Assembly (NCBI GenBank): GCA_965228855.1
Contig: CBDDIJ010000002.1
Span: 2,048,001-2,112,000, forward strand
DNA from: Candidatus Obscuribacterales bacterium
GTDB lineage: Bacteria; Cyanobacteriota; Vampirovibrionia; Obscuribacterales; Obscuribacteraceae
DNA length: 64,000 nucleotides
Reading direction: 5' to 3'
Made by a program: the position numbers and the translations under genes. Below are positions 38,420 to 49,873 of this stretch, one piece after another (positions within the stretch are counted from its first letter, which is position 1; each line of letters begins with the position of its first letter). Under the pieces are notes generated by a model. That model had not been told where the DNA came from. It saw nothing but the letters and a program-made list of their open reading frames with translations, and searched no databases.

Positions 38420-39910
38420 TTGAACTCAAAAACCGCCGATATTCGCGTTCTCCTTATCAGACTTAGCGCTCTGGGCGATGTGGTGCACACGCTTCCAGCT
38501 GCAGACTTGTTGCGCAGAAATCTACCGGCAGCAAAAATCACCTGGGTGGTCGAGGCTCCATTTGCGGAGCTTTTGCGAAACAACCCGGCCGTGGATGACG
38601 TAATCATTTTTCCCAAGAAGAAGATATCTTCGGAGCTAAAAAATCCGATTAGTTGGCTTGACCCGAGCAGCGAGTTCAATAAATTCATTGGCGAGCTGCG
38701 AAGCCGAAACTTCAGCGCAGCACTGGATTTCCAGGGATTATTCAAAAGTGGTGCAATCGCCTATTTGAGTGGTGCACCGACTCGGGTCGGCTTCGCTCAA
38801 GCACGAGAGCTCTCGCAGATCTTTCTGACAGACCGCTGTGATACCGGAGACTATTTCGCGAACGATAAGCATGTGGTGCACCACAATTGGGAGCTTGCTG
38901 AGTTCTACTTAAGAATTGCCGGTGGTGCCACTCAGAAATCTCCGCCAATCCGTTTTCCACTTCCGATTTTGAACTCTGAGCTTATCGGAAGTGTGATCAA
39001 AATGATTGGCGCCTCGGCAGTCGAACCGCCTCAAAAGGTAAACAGAGCTAGAATCACGAACACTAATATCTTGAGCGCTCTGATTCGCAAAGAGGACCGA
39101 GTGCAACCACAGATGGAGCCTGGTGATATGGTGGCGCCCGTGGAGTCTAGTGCCGCAATTGGTGCGGAGCTTCCGGCATCGACAGGTGAGCTGGATGCTC
39201 TTTCAGAGGATTCGGTCGGTGCCGCATCAATCTTGGTACCAACACCGCCCGCGGAGCCTGCACCATCGGCGGAGCCACTACCACAGATAGCAAAGAACGG
39301 CGAGAAACTGATCGTCCTTATCCCTGGTACCACCTGGATTACGAAGATCTGGCCCAAAGAGAAGTGGGCCCAACTGGTATCGCAATTGGTTCAGATTCCG
39401 AACACAAGGATTGTTCTGGTTGGTGGTCCGGCAGAAACCGAAATGAATTCCTATATATATGATCAGGTTTCGCGCTCTGTGGCCGATAGGTTACGTCTGA
39501 ATGCCAGCCATGTGCAAAATTCTGGCGAGCCTGATCTTACGAGCGCCCCGATATCCGAGCGATTGATTGATATCACCGGTAAGACCACCATCAGCGGTCT
39601 TTTAGCGCTCCTGAAATTTGCTGATATCGTAGTTGGTGCCGACACCGGTCCGCTTCATATGGCCGTTGCCGCCGAGCATCCATTCGTGATCGGTATTCAT
39701 GGAAGCACTCCCTGGCTGCGCAATGGACCTATCGGTGAGAAATCATCGGTGGTGGCGCTCAACCTTGGCTGTCAGCCCTGTTTCGAGAAAAAATGCCCCC
39801 TCGGTACGCTTGCCTGCCTTCGAGAACTGAATACCGAATCCGTGCTGGCCGAAATCTACCGTGTTCTTAACCTGGTTGAGAGGAGAGCTACCGGCGCGGA
39901 AAAGCCCTAA
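38420..39910 (+). CDS. GT9 lipopolysaccharide heptosyltransferase (WaaC/WaaF-like) with a low-complexity insertion
   Basis: LIRLSALGDVVHTLP, LDFQGLFKS, IPGTTWITKIWP, VVGADTGPLHMA and CQPCFEKKCP. Confidence 0.9.
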   Translation: MNSKTADIRVLLIRLSALGDVVHTLPAADLLRRNLPAAKITWVVEAPFAELLRNNPAVDDVIIFPKKKISSELKNPISWLDPSSEFNKFIGELRSRNFSAALDFQGLFKSGAIAYLSGAPTRVGFAQARELSQIFLTDRCDTGDYFANDKHVVHHNWELAEFYLRIAGGATQKSPPIRFPLPILNSELIGSVIKMIGASAVEPPQKVNRARITNTNILSALIRKEDRVQPQMEPGDMVAPVESSAAIGAELPASTGELDALSEDSVGAASILVPTPPAEPAPSAEPLPQIAKNGEKLIVLIPGTTWITKIWPKEKWAQLVSQLVQIPNTRIVLVGGPAETEMNSYIYDQVSRSVADRLRLNASHVQNSGEPDLTSAPISERLIDITGKTTISGLLALLKFADIVVGADTGPLHMAVAAEHPFVIGIHGSTPWLRNGPIGEKSSVVALNLGCQPCFEKKCPLGTLACLRELNTESVLAEIYRVLNLVERRATGAEKP

Positions 39911-39932
39911 CTTGCGCCTGCGCCGCAAGAAG

Positions 39933-39960
39933 AAAGCTCTAGAGATGGCTCTAGAGCTTT
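39933..39960. terminator. Hairpin between convergent GT9 and ndk genes
   Basis: AAAGCTCTAGAG-ATGG-CTCTAGAGCTTT, a perfect 12-bp inverted repeat. Confidence 0.7.
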
Positions 39961-40015
39961 ATAGCGTTCATTAGTTTATGGCTTCCGTTTCCGTTGCTAC
40001 GAAAAGCAGATATTT

Positions 40016-40474
40016 CTATTCGGAAACCCATTTGTCGACCGCTCTTGGCCACTCGGCGCAGACTTCGGATTCGCTGAAGAAAATTCCGATTTCGCGCTTG
40101 GCGCTTTCAGGACCGTCGGAGCCATGGACGACGTTTCTGCCGATTTCGACGGCGAGGTCGCCACGGATGGTTCCGGGAGCTGCTTGAGCCGGGTTGGTTG
40201 CGCCAATGGTGCTGCGGCAGAGGGCGATTGCGCCTTTGCCTTCCCAAACCATTGCTACAATCGGTCCTGCGGTAATGAAGCTGACGAGACCATCGAAGAA
40301 CGGTTTGCCTTTATGCTCGCCATAGTGCTCTTGAGCCTTCTCGTTCGAGAGCTTCATGAGTTTCATACCGACCAATTTAAGACCGCGGCTTTCAAAGCGC
40401 TTGATTACTTCGCCAATGATTCCACGCTCGACGCCGTCAGGCTTAATAGCCACAAAGGTACGTTCTACTGACAC
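40016..40474 (-). CDS. ndk: Nucleoside-diphosphate kinase
   Basis: [22 protein letters not shown] and [11 protein letters not shown] start at 40474 with a GGAGGA RBS. Confidence 0.97.
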   Translation of the reverse strand: MSVERTFVAIKPDGVERGIIGEVIKRFESRGLKLVGMKLMKLSNEKAQEHYGEHKGKPFFDGLVSFITAGPIVAMVWEGKGAIALCRSTIGATNPAQAAPGTIRGDLAVEIGRNVVHGSDGPESAKREIGIFFSESEVCAEWPRAVDKWVSE

Positions 40475-40533
40475 CTTGATGTCCTCCGAGTAGTAAATGC
40501 ATGAGCCATTAGTCTCATACATTCGGGCGGTGA

Positions 40534-43500
40534 TCAGGAGAGCTTTATAAGTTTTGCAAAGCGTGGGTCCATCGTTTTTTCGGTGGGCTGTGATTCGAAC
40601 TTGATTTCGTAGAGTTCTTTATCGCCGTCGCCAATTACTTTGATGACGTTGCCTACACCGAATTTTGTATGCTGGACAACATCACCGACTTTCAAGCGCT
40701 CGAATGAGGCGGATTGCATATCCGAACCTTTCGCGAAACCTGACGATGATGATATTTGCCCCGGACGTGCCTGGTTGGGTCGCTGCGCTTGTGGTTTGGG
40801 TTGCGGTTGCCTGTACATCGAGCCGCCTGTGTTACCGGCTGGTCTGGCTCCGCCACCGCCGCCGGTTCCGCTGCGTGAGGTGCCGCCATATCCACCACCA
40901 CCGCCGCCGGTTCCGCTGCGTGAGGTGCCGCCATATCCACCACCACCGCCGGTTCCGCTGCGTGAAGTGCCGCCGTACCCACCGCCACCGCCGCCACCGC
41001 CGCGTTGGTTGCCAGAGTTTCCGCCGCCATAGTTAGTTGGTCTGGCACCGCCTGTGGAGCCGCCCCGGTTTAAGCCCGTGTTGTTATAGCCTCCCGAGCG
41101 CTGCCCTCCACCACCATACGAGCCACCACCGTAACGGTCGGAGCCGCCACCGTAGCCACCGGAGTTGCCGTATCGGTCCGAGCCACCGCCGTTGTAACGG
41201 TCATTGCTGTAACGGTCGTTGCCGTAGTCGTCATTGCCGTAGCGATTCGAGTTTCTACCGCCGCCACGACTGAAACCGTTGTCGTTGTACTCCTCATCCA
41301 TATGATTGGCCGAGTCTTGTGCTCCTTCGGACGGATAGAAGCCGGTCAAAAGCCCAGGCGTAATTTCCTTCAAGAAGCGACTCGCCGGCAGCATTTGTGC
41401 CGAGAATCCAGAGGAGCCGTCGGCCTGGCGACTGATGAAGGAACGTTTGCGAGCGCGCGTTATATACAATGAATCTTCGGCGCGAGTCACGCCGACGTAC
41501 ATGAGCCGGCGTTCTTCTTCCATCATGGAGTCGGATTCCATTGAACGCATATGGGGCAGGATTCCTTCTTCCAGTCCCATCAAGAACACAACAGGGAATT
41601 CCAAACCTTTGGCCGAGTGAAGCGTCATCAGTTTCAAATTCTCTTCGTCGAGCTTCTCATTATCCAGATCGCTGACCAGGGAAATTCTGGTCAGGAATGA
41701 TTCGAGGTCCGGTTCGTCGGCGACGCTTTCAAAATCTGCTGCCACTGCCAGTAGTTCTCGAATGTTTTCCATGCGGCCGACAGCGGTTTCGTCCTTTTGA
41801 TTCATGGCTTCTTCGGCGAGCACATCCATATAACGTGTATCGTCGATGATCAAATTCATCAAGCCTGAAATCGGATCTGCGTAGCCGAGTTTTCTTCCGT
41901 CTTCTGTCGTGTACTCTGGAACGCTGCGCGGCTGCCAGCGAGTAATCACACAGCTTGCGAATTGCGACAGGGCCGCTTGGGTTTTCGGTGAAAGCCCCTC
42001 GATGCGATGAGCTTCTGAAGCCGCTTCCAGATATGAGATTCGCTGTTGATCGGCGTAACTGTAAAGCCGATCGAGGGAAGTTTTGCCGATACCGCGTTTG
42101 GGTGTGTTGACGACGCGGTTGAAAGACTGACCGTCTTGAGGATTAAAGGTCAGCTTCAAATACGCCACCATGTCTTTAATTTCCTGGCGGTCGTAGAATT
42201 TCGTGCCACCAACCACGGTGTACGGAATGCCGCTGCGAATCAAAACTTCTTCTATCGCTCGCGACTGCGCGTTCGTTCTATATAGTATTGTCGCGTCGGA
42301 ATACTTTCGGCCTCGCACTTTAAGGCGCTTCAGTTCTTCGACAACGAAAAACGCTTCGTCGATCTGATCCGAACCTTCATAGTATTGTGCTTTGCCACCC
42401 TTATCCCGGTTGCAGCGCAGGACTTTGTCGATACGCTCGGTGTTGTTTGCGATGATGCTGTTTGCGATTTCCAGAATGGTCGAGGTCGAGCGGTAGTTTT
42501 CTTCTAGCTTGATGATGCGCGAATTGGGAAAATCGTTCTGGAAGCCCAGGAAGATCCGGAAATCTGCTTTACGCCATGAGTAAATCGACTGGTCTACGTC
42601 GCCGACAACCATGAGAGAGCGCTGATTCCATTTGTCAGCGATCTCTTGTTCGCTCATACCTTGCAGACTTTGCGAGCGCCCTGCTTGAATTTGAGCCGCG
42701 TTCGAAAAGATATCGGCGAGCAATCTGCAAAATTCGTACTGCGCTTTGTTGGTGTCTTGAAACTCATCGATAAGCAGATGGCGGAATCGTTTCATCAGCC
42801 GTTCTCTTATATGAGTTTGTGTGCGCACCAGATCGGTGAAGATCAAAATCAGATCATCGAAGTCGAAGGCGTTGTTGCGAGCGAGCGCCTCTTGATATTT
42901 TTCGAATATCTCGGCGATTTTGCGCTCGCGATATGCGCGCGCCTCGCTTGCATACAGCGTGTACGTGTATCCGTCATTCTTCAGCGCTGAAATCGTATGG
43001 CGCATTTCTTTCGGTGGGAATACTTTCTCGTCGAAATCGAGCTTCTTCAATTCCGCTTTCATGATGCTCAAGCTGTCCGCTTCGTCGTAAATGACGAAGT
43101 TTTTCGACCACTGCCAACCTTCCGGAGTTTTATAGTCCTCTATATATTGTCTGAGCATGCGCGCGCACATGCTGTGAAAGGTTCCGATCCAGGAAAAGCG
43201 AGTGCCGCCGCCTATGGCTTTCTCAATCCTGGTCTTCATCTCTTTGGCGGCTTTGTTCGTGAAGGTCACAGCCATGATTGAGTCCGGATCCTGGTCTAGT
43301 TCTTTAATGAGCCAAGCGATCCGGCGCGTTAGCACAGTGGTTTTGCCGGAGCCAGCGCCGGCGACGATAAGAGACGGTCCCCAGCCCTGGCATACAGCCT
43401 GGGCCTGCTCGTTGTTCAATCGAGCAAGAAGTTCATGCGATTCGCGGCCTTGCGTCGCCATCGTTACGTTGAGAACCTCCAAACCACTTACTTCGTTCAT
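40534..43500 (-). CDS. pcrA: PcrA/UvrD superfamily 1 DNA helicase
   Basis: [50 protein letters not shown] and [13 protein letters not shown], with a C-terminal Tudor-like [12 protein letters not shown]. Confidence 0.95.
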   Translation of the reverse strand: MNEVSGLEVLNVTMATQGRESHELLARLNNEQAQAVCQGWGPSLIVAGAGSGKTTVLTRRIAWLIKELDQDPDSIMAVTFTNKAAKEMKTRIEKAIGGGTRFSWIGTFHSMCARMLRQYIEDYKTPEGWQWSKNFVIYDEADSLSIMKAELKKLDFDEKVFPPKEMRHTISALKNDGYTYTLYASEARAYRERKIAEIFEKYQEALARNNAFDFDDLILIFTDLVRTQTHIRERLMKRFRHLLIDEFQDTNKAQYEFCRLLADIFSNAAQIQAGRSQSLQGMSEQEIADKWNQRSLMVVGDVDQSIYSWRKADFRIFLGFQNDFPNSRIIKLEENYRSTSTILEIANSIIANNTERIDKVLRCNRDKGGKAQYYEGSDQIDEAFFVVEELKRLKVRGRKYSDATILYRTNAQSRAIEEVLIRSGIPYTVVGGTKFYDRQEIKDMVAYLKLTFNPQDGQSFNRVVNTPKRGIGKTSLDRLYSYADQQRISYLEAASEAHRIEGLSPKTQAALSQFASCVITRWQPRSVPEYTTEDGRKLGYADPISGLMNLIIDDTRYMDVLAEEAMNQKDETAVGRMENIRELLAVAADFESVADEPDLESFLTRISLVSDLDNEKLDEENLKLMTLHSAKGLEFPVVFLMGLEEGILPHMRSMESDSMMEEERRLMYVGVTRAEDSLYITRARKRSFISRQADGSSGFSAQMLPASRFLKEITPGLLTGFYPSEGAQDSANHMDEEYNDNGFSRGGGRNSNRYGNDDYGNDRYSNDRYNGGGSDRYGNSGGYGGGSDRYGGGSYGGGGQRSGGYNNTGLNRGGSTGGARPTNYGGGNSGNQRGGGGGGGGYGGTSRSGTGGGGGYGGTSRSGTGGGGGGYGGTSRSGTGGGGGARPAGNTGGSMYRQPQPKPQAQRPNQARPGQISSSSGFAKGSDMQSASFERLKVGDVVQHTKFGVGNVIKVIGDGDKELYEIKFESQPTEKTMDPRFAKLIKLS
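40859..40990 (-). repeat. In-frame tandem repeat (3 x 42-45 bp) encoding [14 protein letters not shown] in the PcrA linker
   Basis: GGTTCCGCTGCGTGA recurs at 40864, 40909 and 40951. Confidence 0.9.
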
Positions 43501-43979
43501 TATGACCCCTCGTTAAACCACGTAGATTCGGTTTTAGAGCCGATTGCCATGGTGGCGCGCCGAAAGCGGCGCCCGCGCAATCATACTGAAACCTTGATAG
43601 CGAGCCGTCATCCTTCTAATTTGTAACACACGTCCATCTTCGCAAGCCACGAACGCGCGCCAAACCGCCAAGAGATCGAAGCGGGTCCTCGCCCGGTCCA
43701 GTCCTCTTGCTCGTCAGAGATGCAGGCTGTATCAGCCTCTCATAGAGTACTGTATATATCGCCCTCCGAGCTTGAACACAAAATTATGGTCGAGCGAAGT
43801 TTTGGCGTTTTTTAGGGTTGGTTAACTATTTCTTTTTGCGGTTTGGGGTCGGTTGATTAAAACTTGTAAACAGCTTGCGGCTGGTGAATTGACCCGCCCC
43901 TAAAGATCGGTAAGCTAGGTATCGGCCTAAAGAATCCCTTTATAAAAACTCTTTGGCGCCTTTCCAAGGGAAAACACAA

Positions 43980-44486
43980 ATGACAGAATCACTAACCATT
44001 CCTACAGTCGATGAGCTCGCTCAGGAGCTTCTCATTATTCAGCAATCCGGTCCAAGAAAGGTTGCTATCATCGGCTCCCGGAACCTGCCGCTCACCCATC
44101 AGCAAATTGTCGAGATGCTCAGCTACGCTCTCGTTCTTTCCGGCAACCAGGTAATTACTAGTGGTGGCGCAAATGGTACCAATATGGCTGTCATTCGCGG
44201 CGCTCAGAGAGCTAACCCTGACAGACTGAACGTCATTTTGCCTCAAACAATCGGTCAACAACCCGGTGAAGTTCAAGATCTATTGATCGGTATCAAGAAC
44301 ATCGTCGAATATCCGGAAAGACGAACGATGACGCTCGCCGACGCCAGCCGTCAGTGCAACCACGAAATCATCGACAAGAGCCAGCAGATTATATGCTTCC
44401 TGTATCACACCAGCCATACGCTGCTCGAGTCAGTCACCTACGCTAAAGAGCGCCGCAAGATCGTCACCAGTTTCTATCTTGACTAA
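43980..44486 (+). CDS. Short DprA-like (DNA recombination-mediator A / SLOG fold) protein of cyanobacterial type
   Basis: LAQELLIIQQSGPRKVAIIGSRN, ITSGGANGTNMAVIRGA, VILPQT and KIVTSFYLD. Confidence 0.82.
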   Translation: MTESLTIPTVDELAQELLIIQQSGPRKVAIIGSRNLPLTHQQIVEMLSYALVLSGNQVITSGGANGTNMAVIRGAQRANPDRLNVILPQTIGQQPGEVQDLLIGIKNIVEYPERRTMTLADASRQCNHEIIDKSQQIICFLYHTSHTLLESVTYAKERRKIVTSFYLD

Positions 44487-44645
44487 CTGAAAGCTTTTGC
44501 ACGGCATGTCGCGTTTAAACCTTGCGGCTGGCTCATCCGTTTCCGCTCGATTAACTAACAGATAACAGCAAAAGCGCTCCGGTAGATTGTAACCAACGTC
44601 TATCTCGATTAAGCTTGTAGAGTTACTACCAGCGCTAGATAGAAG

Positions 44646-45803
44646 TTGCCTGTGACCCAACAACCGCTCCAGCTGCCAGATCACACACAGATGTTGGTGG
44701 CGTGTCTTTTGTCGTTCGTTGCGAGTGCTGTTCTCTATCCAGGTTATATAAAGTGGCTTAAACAGCGGCAAGTCGAACAGTTTTTGCGCGAGGACGGACC
44801 CCAGAGTCATGCGCATAAAGCCAAAACGCCGACGATGGGCGGTTTGGTGTTCGGCATCGTCACTTCCGTTGTGTCGCTTGCTGTGCTTTTGTTTATGAAC
44901 GCCGGCGCGAAACCGCTTGATAGCTCTGTTGTTATCGTCGGCCTCATATGTGGTGGCATCGGTTTTATTGACGACTTTGCCAAATTTAGGCAGAAGAACA
45001 ATAAGGGGATCTCAGGCTACATCCGCCTGGGGAGCGAACTTGTGCTCGGAGTGATGCTTGGCGCGCTGATTATTTTTTCCAGCAGCGAAACCATCTTCGT
45101 GCCATTCGCTGAGCAAATCGCAGCTCTCGCCGGAGGGCACGCTGCCAGTTTTGCTGGAACGCATCTTGGAATCTGGGGACCGCCTGCGTTGTTGTTCATC
45201 CCGCTTGCCGGATTTCTGATCGCTGCCACCGCAAACTCTCTCAACCTTCACGACGGAATGGACGGGCTTGCCGCCGGCACTTCTTGTCAGGTTTTCGCTG
45301 CCCTCGCTCTCATGCTGTTTGCAACCGGGCAGCATTCACTCGCTTTGATTTCCGCATGCGCAGCCGGGGCGCTTTGCGGTTTCATACTTTTCAATAAAAA
45401 TCCGGCCAAGATTTTCATGGGAGACACGGGAAGCCTCTTCATAGGCGGCTTGATGGGCGCGCTTGTGGTTTGCGGCGGTTTAGTCGTCTGGTTTATTCCC
45501 TTATCGCTCGTATATATCTTCGAGGCACTGTCGGTGATGATTCAAGTTACCGTCTTCAAACTCACCAAGAAGCTCGAAGGCGAAGAGAAAATGAATCCGT
45601 TGAAGGTTGTTATCACCAAACTGACGAAACGCGTTCCGGGCGAGGGCAAGCGCGTTTTCAGAATGGCTCCCCTGCATCACCATTACGAAGCGGTTTGGGC
45701 GGACAAGGGCGTGCCGGAATGGCAAGTGGTCGCAGGCTTCTGGGTCGCGCAAACGATTCTTTGCCTGGGCACCTGCGTATTGTTTTTCACTTACTTGAAA
45801 TAG
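44646..45803 (+). CDS. mraY: Phospho-N-acetylmuramoyl-pentapeptide transferase
   Basis: REDGPQSH.HKAKTPTMGG, GFIDDF, NLHDGMDGL, IFMGDTGS and FRMAPLHHHYE. Confidence 0.96.
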   Translation: MPVTQQPLQLPDHTQMLVACLLSFVASAVLYPGYIKWLKQRQVEQFLREDGPQSHAHKAKTPTMGGLVFGIVTSVVSLAVLLFMNAGAKPLDSSVVIVGLICGGIGFIDDFAKFRQKNNKGISGYIRLGSELVLGVMLGALIIFSSSETIFVPFAEQIAALAGGHAASFAGTHLGIWGPPALLFIPLAGFLIAATANSLNLHDGMDGLAAGTSCQVFAALALMLFATGQHSLALISACAAGALCGFILFNKNPAKIFMGDTGSLFIGGLMGALVVCGGLVVWFIPLSLVYIFEALSVMIQVTVFKLTKKLEGEEKMNPLKVVITKLTKRVPGEGKRVFRMAPLHHHYEAVWADKGVPEWQVVAGFWVAQTILCLGTCVLFFTYLK

Positions 45804-45891
45804 TTGGCCCAACATTTAATATACTTTGTGTGGGACGATTCCAAATGGTGCAAAATTGTCTCTAAATTTGATTTCTGGACGCCGGTACTAA

Positions 45892-47739
45892 GTGAATAAG
45901 GTTCTGCAACTGGTTAAAGACCTGGTAAGCCAGGATCGCTGGGATGAAGCGCATTCCGTGCTGACCAGACACGCGCGCCAGTCGATGAACGACCCGGATG
46001 TCGAGTATTACCTCGGTGTTTTGTGTTTCAACATGGGGCGGTTTGATGAGGCTGAACGCCACCTCAAGACCTGCCTTCAGATAGTATCGAACAACGCAGA
46101 CGCGCATTATCAGCTGGGTTTGTGTTTGTTAAAACAAGATCGCCCCGCAGAGGCGATGCCTGAATTCCGCGAGGCCTGCGAAGGACGAGAAGGTTTCGCT
46201 GTCGGCCATTTGCATTGGGGGTTGGCTCTTGCCGCTATGGGCAAGCTTCCCGGCGCGCTCGGGCAATTTAAGCAGGCCATCAAAAGTAATCCGAAGATGG
46301 CTTCCGCCTACTATCAAGCCGGTATCTGCTCGTTTCAACTGGAGCAATACCAGGATGCTGCGCAGTTTTTCGAGCAGGCTTGTCTTGCGGATCCAAAGAT
46401 GGCCGAGGCCTTCAATTGCTTAGGAATCGCTATGTGTGCGATGGGAAACGTCACGGCCGGCGCCAACTGTTTTCAAAAAGCGGTAGAAGTCGACAGCCAA
46501 TACGCTCTGGCTCATAGAAATTGGGCGCAGGCTCTTGCGCAACTCGGTCAGTCGGCTGAAGCAGTCAAGCATTATCAGGATGCTATAAATCTCGCGCCGA
46601 CCAGCATGACCGCTTCGGAACGGGCCCTGATTTATAACGACTGGGGTGTGAATCTGTTCCAGCAGAATTTACTCGACGATGCTTGCGAAAAATTCTTGCA
46701 TGCGGTCGATGTCGATCCGAATCTCGAGCATGCAAGACTCAATCTAGGTCTCGTTTACATGGCGCTCAAGGAATACGACCGAGCTGCCGAAGTGTTCGAG
46801 AAAGGGTTGGAGATAAATTACTCCAACGTTCATATGGCGATGTACTGTGCGGTTAATTACCTGCTCACAGGTAGATTTGATGACGCTCTTGCGCGTTTGA
46901 CCAAGGTGGTTGCCGCCGGCATGACCCATCCCGATGTCGATCTCTGGATGGGATTTGCGCACGTTGGAAGCGGTCGGACCGAACCGGCCGAGAAGAGTTT
47001 CGAAAAGGCGCTGGCACAAAATCCGCGCAACTTCCTCGCGCTGGACGGCTGGGGCTGCGCCCTGGCGTTGGCTGGAAATCACGAAGCTGCCGTCGACAAG
47101 TTTCGTCAATGTGTTGCTATCAATGATGGCTATGGGCTTGGGCACTTGCACCTGGCTCGCAGTCTGGATGAGCTCGGTCAAGCTGACGTGTCGAAGCACG
47201 AATTTCGCGAAGCCATTCTGCGAGATCCGCTTTGCATAATCCCGCAAAAGGAAGCGCTCGACAAGCTGCTTGATGCGCATCAGTTTGATTACGTCATGCA
47301 ACAATCCATGAAAATGCTGGACGTTCTGCCTCACGATACCGAAGCGAAATTGGCTCTGGCTAAGGCTCTTCGTGCACAGAATCGATTGAGCGAAGCCCTC
47401 CACCTTGTGCAGGAGTTGATAGAGGAACGGCCAAACAATGGTCCGGCGCGGACTATTGCAGGACAGATTTTCCTGGCTAAAGCGAGATACGTTGAGGCTG
47501 ATCAGATGTTTCGCGAAGCGTCGGAACTCTACGAAGGCGATGCGCCGCTGTTTTACGCATGGGGTAAATCACTGGCGCTGCTCGGCCTGTATGATTTCGC
47601 TCTCGAAAAATATCAACGCGCCTGCGAAATTGACCCGTACGACGGTGATGTCTATGAAGCCTGGGGTTCCACGCTGAAGCAGCTTGGACGGTTTGCGGAA
47701 GCGGCAGAAGTCTACAAGCGCGCCTCGCAATACATTTAG
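45892..47739 (+). CDS. All-TPR repeat protein
   Basis: 615 aa of consecutive 34-aa TPR units. Confidence 0.9.
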   Translation: MNKVLQLVKDLVSQDRWDEAHSVLTRHARQSMNDPDVEYYLGVLCFNMGRFDEAERHLKTCLQIVSNNADAHYQLGLCLLKQDRPAEAMPEFREACEGREGFAVGHLHWGLALAAMGKLPGALGQFKQAIKSNPKMASAYYQAGICSFQLEQYQDAAQFFEQACLADPKMAEAFNCLGIAMCAMGNVTAGANCFQKAVEVDSQYALAHRNWAQALAQLGQSAEAVKHYQDAINLAPTSMTASERALIYNDWGVNLFQQNLLDDACEKFLHAVDVDPNLEHARLNLGLVYMALKEYDRAAEVFEKGLEINYSNVHMAMYCAVNYLLTGRFDDALARLTKVVAAGMTHPDVDLWMGFAHVGSGRTEPAEKSFEKALAQNPRNFLALDGWGCALALAGNHEAAVDKFRQCVAINDGYGLGHLHLARSLDELGQADVSKHEFREAILRDPLCIIPQKEALDKLLDAHQFDYVMQQSMKMLDVLPHDTEAKLALAKALRAQNRLSEALHLVQELIEERPNNGPARTIAGQIFLAKARYVEADQMFREASELYEGDAPLFYAWGKSLALLGLYDFALEKYQRACEIDPYDGDVYEAWGSTLKQLGRFAEAAEVYKRASQYI

Positions 47740-47746
47740 TGCCGCT

Positions 47747-49873
47747 ATGAATACACTGGCAGACACCGGTAGTTTCAACACGCAATCTTCGACTGAGTTA
47801 GCGAATAAAACTGAGCAGCTCCTGTATTTCCGGCTTGCATTTGCGGCAGTCGGTGCTGTGTTGTGTCTAACACTCTGGTGGTTCGGTCACGGCATGTTCG
47901 ACCTGTACGCGCTGGGGAGCTCATGCGCTCTGGTTCTCGGCTATACATCAGTGGCGCTGACACTCGTCTTGACGAAAACAATCGCCAAGAAAAGTCAGCT
48001 GACTATCGCAAACGGAATTTTAATTGGTCTTGATGTTCTTACGCTCACACTGATTGTGCACCTTACTTTTGGCGTCGAATCCGATTTGTATGTGTTGTAT
48101 CTTTTGCCGATTTTGCTTTCAAGTTACACATTCGGAAAGAAGGGAACCTATTTAACGGCGCTGCTGGTCTCGGTTTCATACGTCGGTTTGTTGGTGACCG
48201 AAAATGCTAAGTCATTGCCTTATCTCATTCCGAATGCAGATGTGACGATGGCGACAGCCTATGCGAGCAAGTTTTGGGCGCGGATCTTCGGACGTTCAGT
48301 ATTGCTTGTTAGTGTTTCATTCATATGGGCGCGTTTTGTAAGCTATATGTCCGGAGTTGCGAGGCTCGGCGAAAACCGCCTCAGGATTCAGCTTGAGGAC
48401 AACAATCGCATGGTGACCGAGATTCGTGCGCAGGCTCAAAGAGAAGCGTTGATCAACTCGATCAACTCGGCGTTGCGTAGTACGCTGGAACTGGATCGAA
48501 TTCTGGTCACCGCTGCCGATGAGCTTGCCGGCGCATTGAATGTTTTTCGCTGTGCGATTGTTTGCAAACTTGCCGAAGTCGATGACGAGATTTTCGTTTG
48601 CGAGGCCGATCCGGGTGGGGAAGCCGGACGAGCCGGTCATAATAGTTTGAAGTACTTTGATGCAGAGATATGTGAGTTCATTCTGAACACTCGTAGTCGC
48701 TACGAGAGTATCGAAGAAGGCCTGGTGATGAAGACTTTCGTCTACTCAGAGCCTCATAAAGAGCCGATCTTCGGGCCCGTAAGGGAAAAACTTGCAGAGC
48801 TGAATTGGGGCTCGCTTATTGTTCAACCAATGATGTATCGAGACCTGTCCAAAGGCGTTATCATCATCGCCGAGATAGACCCGCGTCGATACTGGTCTGC
48901 CAACGATATCGAACTGGTTAAGTCGGTAGGCGGACAGGTCGCAGTTGCAATCGAACAAGCTTCTCTGATCGAGGAACTCTCAAAGACAAACCAGAATTTG
49001 ATTGAAAAGAACACAAATCTGGACGCGAAAAACTCGGAACTGCGCTCGATGCAATCGACGCTTATCCATCAGGAGAAGATGGCGTCGCTCGGTCGTCTGG
49101 TTGCTGGAATCGCCCATGAACTCAACAATCCCATTAACTTCGTGCACGGCAACCTGCCATATCTAAAAGAATACGTCGACGACCTGAAGAAGCTCGTGGA
49201 CTCGCTCGACGATGTTTCCGGTGAAGCCAAGGCAAAGCTGGAAGAACTTAAGGAAGGCGTGAAATATGACTTCCTGACCACCGATCTGGACAATATCATC
49301 GCTGATTTAAACGAAGGGACCGACCGAATTCGCCATATCATCCGCGACCTGAAGAGTTTCAGCCGGCTTGATGAAGCGGAACTTAAGGATGCTTCCGTGC
49401 ACGAGGGTATCGAATCAACCGCCAAGATTCTTTCTCAGTATTTCGGTCGAGACAAGACCCCGCTCGACAAGGACTTTGGCGACGTCCCGCACATTCTTTG
49501 TTACGCTGGGCAACTTAATCAGGTCTGGATGAATCTATTGTCAAATGCTGCGCAGGCGGTTGCTGACAAGGAGGACGGCAAAGTAGCGGTGAAGACCAGG
49601 GTCGTCGACGGGCAGGTTCTTGTGTCAATCAGTGACAACGGGCCTGGTATAAAACCAGAGATTCAGAGTAAAATCTTCGATCCGTTCTTTACGACTAAAC
49701 CGGTCGGTCAGGGGACGGGTCTGGGTCTCTCGATCTGTCATTCGATTGTCGGACGGCATGGCGGGCGGATAGAATTGAGTACGAAGCTCAATGAGGGGAC
49801 CACGTTCACTGTAGTGCTCCCGCTCAAAGCGGAGCAGTTGGAACGAGAAGCTGAGGAGGCGGAGCGCTTATAG
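47747..49873 (+). CDS. Membrane sensor histidine kinase (TM + GAF + HisKA + HATPase)
   Basis: N-terminal TM helices, GAF (ELVKSVGGQVAVAIEQA), AGIAHELNNP, NLLSNAAQA, DNGPG and FDPFFTTKPVGQGTGLGL. Confidence 0.93.
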   Translation: MNTLADTGSFNTQSSTELANKTEQLLYFRLAFAAVGAVLCLTLWWFGHGMFDLYALGSSCALVLGYTSVALTLVLTKTIAKKSQLTIANGILIGLDVLTLTLIVHLTFGVESDLYVLYLLPILLSSYTFGKKGTYLTALLVSVSYVGLLVTENAKSLPYLIPNADVTMATAYASKFWARIFGRSVLLVSVSFIWARFVSYMSGVARLGENRLRIQLEDNNRMVTEIRAQAQREALINSINSALRSTLELDRILVTAADELAGALNVFRCAIVCKLAEVDDEIFVCEADPGGEAGRAGHNSLKYFDAEICEFILNTRSRYESIEEGLVMKTFVYSEPHKEPIFGPVREKLAELNWGSLIVQPMMYRDLSKGVIIIAEIDPRRYWSANDIELVKSVGGQVAVAIEQASLIEELSKTNQNLIEKNTNLDAKNSELRSMQSTLIHQEKMASLGRLVAGIAHELNNPINFVHGNLPYLKEYVDDLKKLVDSLDDVSGEAKAKLEELKEGVKYDFLTTDLDNIIADLNEGTDRIRHIIRDLKSFSRLDEAELKDASVHEGIESTAKILSQYFGRDKTPLDKDFGDVPHILCYAGQLNQVWMNLLSNAAQAVADKEDGKVAVKTRVVDGQVLVSISDNGPGIKPEIQSKIFDPFFTTKPVGQGTGLGLSICHSIVGRHGGRIELSTKLNEGTTFTVVLPLKAEQLEREAEEAERL

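Noticed and set aside
40640..41297. Pro-rich, Arg/His-rich and Thr/Ala-rich ORFs overlapping pcrA
   Set aside because: They are alternative-frame shadows of the Gly-rich repeat in pcrA.
43745..43760. LexA box upstream of pcrA (AGTACTGTATATAT)
   Set aside because: Only one half-site resembles the cyanobacterial AGTAC-N4-GTTC pattern; insufficient evidence.
46744..47403. 219-aa antisense ORF, and the many other antisense ORFs in the track
   Set aside because: They lie wholly opposite well-supported genes and have no recognisable motifs.
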